Shown here one piece after another: positions 54,362 through 64,000 of a stretch of 64,000 bases of DNA. The notes below the pieces were generated by a model. The model saw nothing but the letters and a program-made list of their open reading frames with translations, had not been told where the DNA came from and did no database searches. This DNA comes from an uncultured delta proteobacterium (GTDB lineage Bacteria > Desulfobacterota > WTBG01 > CAIYCZ01), in NCBI GenBank assembly GCA_963803975.1, contig CAWDOY010000001.1, positions 157,463 through 221,462 of the forward strand. The letters are read 5' to 3'. Each line of letters begins with the position of its first letter. Position 1 is the first letter of the stretch. A program made the translations under genes and the position numbers.

Positions 54362-54610
54362 AAAAAGGCGAGGGGCGAGAGGCAATGGCAAGGCACGACA
54401 GGCAGGCAGGCAAGAGGTGAGTCGGTGAATGGTAAATAGGTGAAGAGGCAAAAAGAAAAGTGCTGAGTAACGAGTGATGAGGTGATATTAGTCACTGGTC
54501 ACTGCTTTAGGGTGAAGAGGGTTACTTTTATTAGCCTTTTAACCTTTTGTCCTTTTAGCCTTTCCTTTTAAAACTCCTCAACTCCATAACTCCTTAACTC
54601 TATAACTTTA
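54362..54610. repeat. mosaic array of short tandem repeats
   Basis: Shares blocks, as reverse complement, with 28355-28690. Confidence 0.75.
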
Positions 54611-54618
54611 ATAATACT

Positions 54619-55382
54619 ATGGATACTATCCCGGTTATCGCGGCGGCTTTCGGCACGTCAACACGGCTCAGGATACCTACCGGTTTTTTGAAGAACGCTT
54701 TCGCAGCGCGTTCCCGGGCCGGACTTTGTTATGGGCCTATACCTCGCGCATGCTCAGGGAGAAGATGAACCAGCGCCAGGCCGGCTGGAAAAGTCTTGAA
54801 GAGGTTTTATATGACCTGGAGCAGCAGGGGTGCGAGCGCGCCGTCATTCAATCGCTGCATGTTATCCCCGGCGTTGAATTTCATAAAATAGCAGCTGCAG
54901 CCGGCGCAACCCGCATCAGGACCGCCATCGGCAGGCCGCTGTTGTGTTCTGATGAAGACTGTACCCAGGTACTAGATGCCCTTGCCGACCGGATATTTTG
55001 CGGTGACGGACGGGCCACCGTGCTGGTCGGGCACGGCACCTATCATCTTGCTGGTTCTGTCTATGCCCGGCTTGAAAGAATCGTGAAGACACAGTACCCG
55101 GAACATGTCCATGTCAGCGTGGTTGAAGGAGAGCCATCGTGGGAGGCGGCGCGCGCCGCGCTGCAGCGCAGTGCCGCAAAAACGGTGAAATTTATCCCGC
55201 TCATGTTTGTCGCCGGGGAACATATCATGAACGATGTGCTGGGCGCCGGGTCTGATGATGAACCGTCGTGGCGGTCGCAGCTTGCAGGGCTTGAAATTGA
55301 CGGCTCTGAAAAAGGGCTGGGATTCAATGAAAAAATAGTTGCCATGTACCTTGCGCACATGAAAGCGGCACTGGAAAAGTGA
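54619..55382 (+). CDS. cbiK: sirohydrochlorin cobaltochelatase CbiK (frameshift near the 5' end)
   Basis: AAFGTS, WAYTSRM, QSLHVIPGVEF, VGHGT, PLMFVAGEH..ND, GLG. Confidence 0.9.
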
Positions 55383-55715
55383 AGCTCCCTGACTTCAAGG
55401 CGGGTCTTCCCGGAGTTTAATTATTATTTTCAGATACATGCCCTCTCGCGATGAACTGCGCATGAGTTTGCTTCTCTCTCCATCCAGTTAGCTTTAAGTT
55501 TCATTCATTCAGGATATAAAAGCTCATGGTGCAACCTGCCTTGACAATTCTGCCCCGACAAGGCATATTGATTTCTACAAATAATCAGGTTTGATTATCT
55601 ATGGAAACGATATGAATTGCAGTGACCTTTTTTTACATTCCTGCGGGAATCATAGAAAGCAGAACGGCTTTGCTTGCTATAAAATTATTTTTAAACATTC
55701 AGGAGGATATATACA

Positions 55716-55919
55716 ATGATCGTCGAGCGGCAAAAAAACGAAATAGTTATACGCATTCCGGAAAAGATTGATCCGAAAAGTTTGCAGAACTTTATTGACT
55801 ACCTGAGGGTTAAAGCAATTGTGTCGAAAAGCCGTGCTTCAAAATCCGATGTCGCCAGGATTTCCGGAGACATAAAGAAATCATGGTGGAAAAAGAATAG
55901 AAGTCGGTTTGTAAAATGA
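55716..55919 (+). CDS. putative antitoxin
   Basis: Small ORF with GGAGG RBS overlapping the downstream PIN gene by 4 bp. Confidence 0.65.
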   Translation: MIVERQKNEIVIRIPEKIDPKSLQNFIDYLRVKAIVSKSRASKSDVARISGDIKKSWWKKNRSRFVK

Positions 55920-56350
55920 AAGTAATAACCGACACCAATATCATCATTAGTGCCCTCATCAATGCAAAAGGGAGAGAAGCGGATATTATCTTAAACCCTT
56001 CCTATGCACTTGATAAGTACACCTGCTATTTTCTCTATGATGAAATTCAAAAGCACAAGGGAAAGATTTCCCGGGCAGCCGGCATAAAAGAAACTGAATT
56101 TATGGATGTATATTTCACCATAACGAAACGAATCAAATTTATTAATGAAGAACAGATTCCCGAGTCTATATGGAAAAAGGCTTTCTCGTATACAACCGGC
56201 ATAGATGAAGATGACACACCTTTTATAGCTCTTGCCTTGTATCTTGACGGGTATTTATGGACAGGTGACAAAAAGTTGATACGGGGGGTGTCTGCACGAG
56301 GGTTTAAAAAAATTCTCACAACAGATGAGATCATAAAGGGCTATTCTTAA
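55916..56350 (+). CDS. PIN-domain toxin
   Basis: ITDTNIIISAL, DEDDTPFIALA, LWTGDKKL. Confidence 0.85.
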   Translation: MKVITDTNIIISALINAKGREADIILNPSYALDKYTCYFLYDEIQKHKGKISRAAGIKETEFMDVYFTITKRIKFINEEQIPESIWKKAFSYTTGIDEDDTPFIALALYLDGYLWTGDKKLIRGVSARGFKKILTTDEIIKGYS

Positions 56351-56516
56351 CTGTCCTCAACAAACCCAATTATCAACTCCTCAACTCCTAAACCCCAAAC
56401 TCCCCAACCCCTCAAAATAGGTGCCTGTGGGGGGGTTTTCAACACCTCCCTGTCCCGAATTACCAAGGCAGAAACCAGATTTGATTTCTGCCTTTGCTAT
56501 CCAATGTTATTACTGT

Positions 56517-57518
56517 CTATTTCCCCACCCCATATATCAGCCTTGGCGTTGCGCTCACCGGGCCATGCATGGTCTTCACGCCATTAACATCCACATCCTC
56601 AAGCTGGTAGTAGTAGGTCGTTCGGTTCTTGACATCGCTGTCTGCAAACTCATACGATGTCCCGAGGCCTGAACCTACCTTTGAGGCAATGAGAGAGCTG
56701 TTTATTTTTGCATACTCGCCATCTTTTGATTCAGCGCGATAAATATTGAAGCCGAGGTTGTCGGTCTCATCGCCGGTCGTCCAGATAAGAGCCACTTTGC
56801 TGTTTCCGGGCTTTGCATCAAAGGATGCAAGGGTGATGGCAGTGGGTGTGGTCGCTGGCTCAACCGTTATGTTGTCTATCCCCATCGGATCCAGTAGAGA
56901 GCCGCGCAATCCACCAATCCGCACTGATACCACCACTTAAATAAGGAAGCCGTGAGTCAAAATTATTATCTGTAACGTCGATCTTCTGGATCCCGTCGTA
57001 GTAAACGAGGATACGGTTCCCTATGAAGGTCATCTGGAGCGTGTGCAGCCTGTGCCCACATCAGGCAGGCTGACCTGCTGCATCGGTCTCGGAAACGGTA
57101 TTATTCCTCTGATTCGCCGCCGAGGTCTGTCCAGGTTCGGAACTTCCACAGTTTCAACATATTCGGCCCGCCCACCGATCCTGCCGGGTAGACCCATGCG
57201 CCATAGTGGGCGCCCGTTGCAGGATCTACACGCCCGCCAATGCCCCCTCCGAACGCCATCACATTAGAAATCTGGATGTTCCCCTGTACCGTGTAGTCAG
57301 TCCCAACCCGGGTTAGTGGAGGGGGTATAGGCATAAGAATACTGTCTCGGGTCGCCCGACCCTTGCAGCACTAATCCCGTATCCGTCCACGTCCCCATCG
57401 CAATCTCCCAGGGAGCCAGAACACCATCGCTAAAGTCATCCGAAAAGATTACGGAACTGAAAGCAGACCCGTGAAAGAAAAATATCGATAGCAAGCAAAG
57501 CATCATTATTTTTTTCAT
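56517..57518 (-). CDS. secreted protein with conserved C-terminal FN3-like domain (frameshifted)
   Basis: Signal peptide MKKIMML...AFS, IFSDDF; C-terminus TAITLASF...WTTGDETDNLGFNIYR...HGPVSATPRLIYG. Confidence 0.75.
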
Positions 57519-57546
57519 TCTGAATCTCCTTTTTTAATTTAATGTA

Positions 57547-57586
57547 ATAAAAAACCCTCACCAGCACCAATTGCTGATTGAGAGCC
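57547..57586 (-). terminator. leader terminator-like hairpin plus U-tract
   Basis: Minus strand CTCTCAATCAGCA-attgg-TGCTGGTGAGGG-TTTTTT. Confidence 0.55.
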
Positions 57587-58010
57587 TATCCTTCAACTGA
57601 TATATAAATATTCCCGCCTCTTTCATTTCAATCACCTTTTTTTGCCCCTCTTAGTTTCTGCCAATGACTTCAACTAAGTGAGAGACTTGCGAAATTGCAA
57701 TTATTGTACGCTTATGGTGATTACACTGTCAAGTTATTAAATCGGCAAGCTTTTAAGCTTTTTTTAACAAATTTAAAAATATATTGCTATTAATTAGATG
57801 AAAATATTTTCTGAAGTGTGCTATGGAAGAAATTATCTTGAGGCAGGCTGCCTTCTCTCTTCCCCCTCCCCCCTTTCGGAGGCAATAGTTGGTATGCAAA
57901 GTGCACATATAGGAAAACGAAATTCAAAAAAAGACCAAGGGTTGTTTTAAAAGCAAGAAAAAACAAAGGGGTTGAAGATTAATGAACACACTTATGAAAG
58001 GGAGGTTGCA

Positions 58011-59036
58011 ATGAAGAGGAAAAGATTCATACAAGCAGGTATACTAATTTTGACACTTGCCTTGGGCGTTTTCTCACCAGCTCATGCCGTAATAACTGAT
58101 TCAGTTGATGGTTATGAGGTGACGTGCGGTGATATTACCAGCAATGGTGATTTATTAATTGTCTCACTGCACGTTCAGGATGGCAGCGGGGCACCGGTAC
58201 CGTGTGCCGTGGTGAAAGTAGATGCCGCATTAAAAATTAATGTAAAAATCGCGAAACAATTCAACTCAAAAAATTCAGTCAGAATATCAACCTTTTCAAC
58301 GCCCACTGATGCTGATGGTAACACAACAATCTCATTGCCGGAGATCAATGACAGCATGACGGTTGATAAAAAGCCCAAGAGGAAAGTAGAGCTGACCCTT
58401 ACCCCCAGTTGCGCAGAAATTTCACCAACAAATGTTTATATTCTCGAAGATTGCACCAATAAGGTTCCCAAAGGATCTTGCCAGGCGTCAATAACCGTCC
58501 CATCAGTTCTCAACAAAACCTATTCGTTCTGTTACTCAAGCTACGATATACCCGAAGCCGACTATGAGGGAAATTGTGGTGAGTTAGAAGAAATTTATCA
58601 TTTATTCAAGCAGCTGTTCTCCATTATCGGTATCAGCGGCTTTGAGTTTTTCGTTGAATATACTGAGCTCTATAGCTGTAATTATGAGATTGGACAGAGC
58701 AGTATTCCCACTGCTGTAACAATAGCCTCATTTAATGCTCAGCCGGACAGTGACACCGTAATCATCAAATGGACTACCGGTGATGAAACCGATAACCTGG
58801 GCTTCAATATCTATCGGTCCGGGGCAAAAAATGGCGCGTATAGTAAAATAAATAATACCCTGATTGCATCAAAAGCCGGCTCAGGTCTGGGTGCATCATA
58901 TGAATTGGTTGATGATGGTGTACAGAACAGGACAACCTATTTTTATAAACTTGAAGATGTGGATATCTACGGCGTGAAGACCATACACGGCCCGGTGCGT
59001 TCAACGCCACGGTCGATTTATAGGATGATGCAATAG
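58011..59036 (+). CDS. secreted protein with the same C-terminal FN3-like domain
   Basis: GGAGG RBS, signal peptide ending AHA; C-terminus TAVTIASF...WTTGDETDNLGFNIYR...HGPVRSTPRSIY. Confidence 0.85.
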   Translation: MKRKRFIQAGILILTLALGVFSPAHAVITDSVDGYEVTCGDITSNGDLLIVSLHVQDGSGAPVPCAVVKVDAALKINVKIAKQFNSKNSVRISTFSTPTDADGNTTISLPEINDSMTVDKKPKRKVELTLTPSCAEISPTNVYILEDCTNKVPKGSCQASITVPSVLNKTYSFCYSSYDIPEADYEGNCGELEEIYHLFKQLFSIIGISGFEFFVEYTELYSCNYEIGQSSIPTAVTIASFNAQPDSDTVIIKWTTGDETDNLGFNIYRSGAKNGAYSKINNTLIASKAGSGLGASYELVDDGVQNRTTYFYKLEDVDIYGVKTIHGPVRSTPRSIYRMMQ

Positions 59037-59051
59037 ACCAGACGCACACAC

Positions 59052-59084
59052 AAAAAGGCAGGATCACACGATCCTGCCTTTTTT
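59052..59084 (+). terminator. intrinsic terminator
   Basis: AAAAAGGCAGGATC-acac-GATCCTGCCTTTTTT. Confidence 0.8.
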
Positions 59085-59498
59085 GTATTCTCTTCAAAAC
59101 AGTTGCCTGTCCCGAATTAGACCATTTCCTTCAATGAGCTACCATTTTACGTTTTACCCGACCACCCTCGTAAATGACCAGCGGCGTGCGGGTCTGCTGC
59201 GCTATTTTCCTGGCCTGTTTTGCGGCCCGTTGCAAAGCAGCACTCACCTTCACCAGGTCTTTTTCCAGAAACTGTTTTCTTAACCGTTTTCATGTTTTGC
59301 CTCCCGCATCTATCAATATCGGGTTATTGCCTGAATTATAATATAGCAACCAATAATCAACCAGGCTTTTATAAAGTTTTGAAATATAAAATTCCGGCAC
59401 CCGGGTTCGGTGTTGTGCAAAAAGCGGGGGTATTGCGAAAAGCGGGGGTATTGTGAAAATGGTTGACCAGGGATGTGAACGGGAGCGCACAGCGCAGC

Positions 59499-59738
59499 TT
59501 TTTATCGCCTGAGCAGGAGAACCATCAGAGAGCTTGTTGAAGCCATCTTGAACACGCCCGGATTAAAATGCCCCCTGGAGCACGTGTTCCGACAGGCCCT
59601 CGCCACCTATGAGACACAAAATATATTGCGGACGCGGTCATGGGCCATTGGGGTCTGGAGGAAGGCATTTCAACAGTCTACACGTACGGCGAGAAAGACT
59701 TTAAGAAAATATCAGGCTTGCAGGTCCGCAGGCCATAA
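59499..59738 (+). pseudogene. 5'-truncated VapC/PIN toxin remnant
   Basis: Manual translation YRLSRRTIRELVEAILNTPGL...ALATYE...ADAVMGHWGLEEGISTVYTYGEKDFKKISGLQVRRP*; no N-terminal PIN motif found. Confidence 0.55.
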
Positions 59739-59983
59739 ACATTCGACGGGCTGTTGTAGCCCTTTATCACTTATCAGCAATTTATAATTTTATGGACGTC
59801 CCCCAGTTTACCCGTCAACTCTAAACTCCTCAACTCCCCAACCCCTCAACTCTAAACTCCTCAACCCCTAAACTCCTCAACTCTTTAACAGGTTGCGGCT
59901 GCTTCCTATTTTAAAAGACTTATGTCGCACACCATAGAAGGTTATAGTGATTTAAAGGATCCTGCCCTTTGCTTAAAGGTTAT

Positions 59984-61568
59984 TTATCTGACTTCAAGGC
60001 TGACTATAATGGACTCTTCAAAGCCACTAAAGCTTACTTCAGTTGTGATCAGTAAGTTCCACTCGCCTGTTGTTGCTCCTTTCTCTATGCACACCGGCAC
60101 AAAAATAAATCTTCCCACGCTTACAGCGCTCTGCCTTGAATCAATCATTACCCCGTGAGCCCCTGCCTCAGGTCCGGTAATTTCTATGCTGCTGCTTTCA
60201 GGCATGAAATGATGATCCTGTGAAGGGTACACTATCAGCCACAGACATTTCTTATCCAGCAGTATCGGACGCATGACAACCTTCCGCAGCAGGCTGGTTG
60301 CCGTAATGTTCACCACATCCTGGCACTGCTGTAACCCTTCCTTGCACACCTGCTCGTCACCACAGGGGTTCTGACCATTCACACACGTGCCATTGATGCA
60401 TTCTTCCGTTCCGTTGCAGAAAACCTTGTCATCGCAGTCAGCGTCTACGGCACACTCCTGTGGTGGAGCACTGGTCGTTGTGCTGGTGGTTAATTTGATG
60501 GTGGTAGTCGAGGTGTATCCGCCGCCACCGCCGCCACCGCCACCGCCACCATCTGTCGTCCGGCACGCTCGTCGTTGCAGGAGGGGTATAGGGCCAAGTA
60601 ACTTCTGCAGAATAATTGCTTTCCACCAGAGTTTTGTTATACGAAGTTGCTGCGAAATAATATTTCTGCCCTGCTGTTAGATTAGTAATAATGCAAGAGG
60701 TGACAGTCCTGCCCTTGACATCTATAATGTTAGTATATTTTCTTGACGCATTACCATAGTAGATTTTATAGCCTGCAATATCTGATTCTGTGCTTTGATC
60801 CCAGCCTAATGTTACCTGAGTCGTGGTTGGCGGTATCAGCGACGAGGTGCTGCTGGATGTCATGGACTGTCCAGTCGTGGTGGTTGTCGGTCGCACCGTA
60901 GTCGTTGTCGGCCGTATCGTCGTGGTGGTCTTCGGCACGCTGGTTGTCGGGATACTTGACGACATGCTGCTTGTGGTTGTCGGCCGTATTGTCGTGGTGG
61001 TCTTCGGCACGCTGGTTGTCGGGATACTTGACGACGTGCTGCTTGAGGTTGTCGGCTGCACGGTCGTGGTAGTTGTCGGTATGATTGGGAAAATTGGCGT
61101 CGTTACTGTGGGTCCGACCATCTCAATCTTTGATATCCACCAGATTTCTGTCTTCCGGTGGCACTGGTCAAGCATCATTAATGAAAGAGATTTTTATCTG
61201 GTGGCTGCCCTCTGTCAGCTCTTCAGAAAATGCATAGGTCTGCCACTGGTCGGAGTCAACATTTATCTGGTGTGGGGGATTACTATCCACCTGGCACTCC
61301 ATAACCGGGTAAACTGAGCTGACGGGTGTTCCACGCGCAACTATTCTGAACTCATAGACAGCAGCCTGGGGACACTGGAAGGAAAGGGTTTGTGCTCAGT
61401 TACAGCAGAAGTCAATAGTGCCGTCAACGTTGTCGTGGTGGTTGTCACCTGAGCGTAAAGACTCTGTGTTGAAAGTAAAAAGCCTAACGCTGGAAGTAAT
61501 ATACAAAAAACAATATAAGAAAATGAGCTTCGATTTTTAATATTAACCATTTTATCTGTTTGCTTCAT
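59984..61568 (-). CDS. secreted Thr/Ser/Pro-rich protein with FN3 domain and Cys-rich repeat (frameshifted)
   Basis: Signal peptide ending LYA-Q; PTTT linkers; VTLGWD...AGYKIYYG...NLTAGQKYYFAATSY; Gly run; CDDKVFCNGTEEC. Confidence 0.7.
60907..61050. repeat. 2 x 72-bp intragenic tandem repeat
   Basis: Encodes PTT.SS.SSSIPTTSVPKTTTTIR twice. Confidence 0.9.
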
Positions 61569-62369
61569 AAAATCTTAGATCAGTCGCTTTATGTATCGAG
61601 CAACTCAAGTTTTAAGTTGAATTTTATGAGCGTCTCCCTTTTTTTATCATTCAAACGGTTGATTTATAATTTTTCATCCTATAATTCTTGATAAAAAATG
61701 TGCCTTATTGAATTTATAATATAAATATAATGTTTATTTATATTATAAATAATTATATTTAGCATAATTTAATATAAGCAGTTTGCAAACCATTACCAAA
61801 AAGATGAAACCTTTGCAAGCATTTTTTTAAATAGTATCTGTGATCATTAACCCAGTGTGGGCATTATTGACACCGGCTCGCTAAGACCCATCATGCCTCA
61901 TTGATAAAAACGTGTCGTTTGGGCTGGTCGTAAAATACCTTGAGGAAATTACAATAACATTTCAAGAACATTACCATAATGAAAGGATTTTCAGGAAGGC
62001 AGAGAAGCGGTTATTATGGGAAGCTGCCCTGTAAATTGAGAACAAGGCAACTCCCCAACTCCTTAACTCTATAACTTTCTAATATAGGGTTCTTTAGGCG
62101 GCCGAGTATGCAACACATTGATTTCAAAGGGTCTCAAGCACAAAGAAAAGAAATATAGAAGCAGAAAAAATAGTATGGTGTTTCCAGATTGTTTTGTCCC
62201 CGGATTAATAGGTGAAAAGAAAGGGACTGTATTCCTGATTTCCTGAGTTCCAGATTGTTGTTGTCCCGCTCAAAGAAAATAGGTGCCCCTAATATCGGGT
62301 AGACTCTATAAAATGATGGTGTACTTATAATAATTTTGCAAAAGATAATATTTCTGTTATTGTAAAATG

Positions 62370-62816
62370 ATGAAAATATATCTTGATGTTTGTTGTTTGA
62401 ATAGACCCTTTGATGATTCAACACAGGACAGAATCCGTCTTGAATCGGAAGCAATTTTAACTATACTTGAACGTTGTCTTCAGGGAAATTGGTCTCTGGT
62501 AATTAGTGAGATAACGGAAGCGGAAATTGACAGAATTCCCAATAATGATCGCAAACAAAAGGTGAGATCTTTATTACTTATTCATCGTGAATATAGAATG
62601 GTTGATACTTCTATAGAAAAACGTGCAAAAGAAATTCAAAAGCTTACCGTAAAAGCTTATGATGCATTACACATTGCATGTGCAGAAAAAAGCAAGGTTG
62701 ATATTTTTCTCACAACCGATGATAGTCTTCTTAATAAAGTTTCGCGAAATAGACATGCATTAAAGGTTCGTTTAGAAAATCCCTTAAAATGGTTAACGGA
62801 GGTAATTTCACAATGA
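62370..62816 (+). CDS. PIN-domain protein
   Basis: KIYLDVCCLNRPFDD, DALHIACAE, FLTTDD. Confidence 0.85.
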   Translation: MKIYLDVCCLNRPFDDSTQDRIRLESEAILTILERCLQGNWSLVISEITEAEIDRIPNNDRKQKVRSLLLIHREYRMVDTSIEKRAKEIQKLTVKAYDALHIACAEKSKVDIFLTTDDSLLNKVSRNRHALKVRLENPLKWLTEVISQ

Positions 62817-63034
62817 ATGCTGAAAAATTAAATCCAGTAGAGATACAGGCAATAGGATTAAAAGCATTGACAAAAGCTCTTGGCCCAGTAGGTATGGTTC
62901 GTTTTTTCAAGCAATTTGAGAGTGGTTTTGGAAATTATACAAAAGAGCGTCAAAAATTACTGGGGAATATGTCTATTGAAGATGTGGTGAAAGACATAAA
63001 AAAAATACGTACAAGAGCAACCCGCAACAAGTAA
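62813..63034 (+). CDS. putative antitoxin partner
   Basis: GLKALTKALGPVGMVRF...GNYTKER; ATGA overlap with the PIN gene. Confidence 0.7.
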   Translation: MNAEKLNPVEIQAIGLKALTKALGPVGMVRFFKQFESGFGNYTKERQKLLGNMSIEDVVKDIKKIRTRATRNK

Positions 63035-63097
63035 GTTTTTACTGTGTGCTCGGTGTGATGATGTTGTTTGCGAAGGCAGTGAGATCATCGCTTATTA

Positions 63098-63436
63098 TTA
63101 TCCTCCAATGATTTCGTTTAATCCTTCGGCAACAAGAGCCATATGCTCCTCAGAAACACTGCCTATTCTTTTTCCAATACGTTTAACAGAAAGAGTGCGT
63201 ATCTGGCTAATTTTAACCCATGATCTTTTAGGCAGCTTGGCATCAGTAATTTCCATTGTCAGGGGAAAATCTGCGCGTTGCGGCTGGCTGGTAATGGCAA
63301 CGGCTATTACCGTTCCAGATCGTTCATTAAAAATATTGTGGCTTAAAACAAGAACAGGGCGCATGCCACCTTGCTCACTTCCAACAACCGGATTCAGATC
63401 TGCCCAGTAAATATTTCCTCTCAATATTCCGGCCAT
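63098..63436 (-). CDS. mazF: PemK/MazF family toxin
   Basis: [33 protein letters not shown]. Confidence 0.93.
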   Translation of the reverse strand: MAGILRGNIYWADLNPVVGSEQGGMRPVLVLSHNIFNERSGTVIAVAITSQPQRADFPLTMEITDAKLPKRSWVKISQIRTLSVKRIGKRIGSVSEEHMALVAEGLNEIIGG

Positions 63437-63663
63437 TCTTCTAACTCCGCTGAAAATCCTTCTTCGGCAAGTGATTGCTCAAAATCAGGATCAAGTTTAG
63501 AGCATTCCTGAGCAAGGCGACTTTTTCCCATTCGAAACAGTTTTTCTTCAACAGCCGCTTGAATTACTTTGCTTCTGTTGGGAAAACGGCTCGACTTTAC
63601 AAGATAATCTAAACGCTTCAGGACTTTGTTGTCGATAGTAATTGCAATTTTAGAAGCAGCCAT
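63421..63663 (-). CDS. CopG/RHH antitoxin
   Basis: KIAITID...LD.LV...[10 protein letters not shown]; overlaps mazF. Confidence 0.85.
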   Translation of the reverse strand: MAASKIAITIDNKVLKRLDYLVKSSRFPNRSKVIQAAVEEKLFRMGKSRLAQECSKLDPDFEQSLAEEGFSAELEEWPEY

Positions 63664-64000
63664 ATTTTCACCTCCGGTATGATAATACATCATACCACAA
63701 TATGATTTCAAGTATTATAATTATATGACCACGACACAGCCATAGAATCATAAAGAAATCAGAGAAAGAATCACATAACTGTGCAACAGCCGCCTGTATT
63801 TAATCAATATGTTTCAAAACACAGAGTAATCCCCGTGTTCACTGTGGTTCAGTCTGTCTTCTGACTATAATCAAAAGAAGTTTTAATTCCTGAGTTCCTG
63901 ATTATTCCCACAGAAAAAGATGTCGAGTAAGATTCGCATCTCTAAATTCCCCAATTCTTTAACTCCTTAAACTCATTTTAATAGGTGACTGACTATTTAC

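Noticed and set aside
56449..59119. CCTGTCCCGAATTA direct repeat as a target-site duplication around the two secreted genes
   Set aside because: Related short motifs recur in other spacers (e.g. near 56414, 62190, 62276), so it is more likely a dispersed intergenic repeat
59420..59455. 2 x 18-bp tandem repeat AAAAGCGGGGGTATTG(C/T)G
   Set aside because: The repeat is real but has only two copies and no associated gene or function that I can support
26975..63975. CRISPR interpretation of the repeat arrays
   Set aside because: No constant 23-47-bp repeat with unique spacers and no cas genes

Overview
Bacterial DNA, probably an anaerobic Desulfobacterota/deltaproteobacterium-like organism (inferred from cytochrome c3, the anaerobic cbi pathway and a cobA-hemD fusion). 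Many genes are split by single-base indels, which looks like an unpolished long-read assembly rather than real decay. Four blocks are visible. (1) 1-8.8 kb: unrelated minus-strand accessory genes whose boundaries carry a recurring TTTAGTC-core site. (2) 9-25 kb: a minus-strand cluster with a porin-like gene, a single-chain EutB-EutC ethanolamine ammonia-lyase carrying a signal peptide, a BtuCDF/FecCD-type ABC transporter, a MoxR/DUF58/vWA module in the mxaRSACKL gene order and an orphan solute-binding protein. This is the best candidate for an undescribed system: a periplasmic B12 enzyme with its own cofactor-delivery and maturation machinery. (3) 30.4-55.4 kb: a cobalamin riboswitch followed by a nearly complete anaerobic cobamide plus tetrapyrrole cluster, including a bzaF/bzaC/B12-radical-SAM lower-ligand module. 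(4) 55.7-64 kb: toxin-antitoxin pairs and secreted proteins, two of which share a C-terminal domain. Intergenic regions contain a ~150-bp MITE-like repeat and reshuffled mosaics of 7-8-bp tandem repeats.
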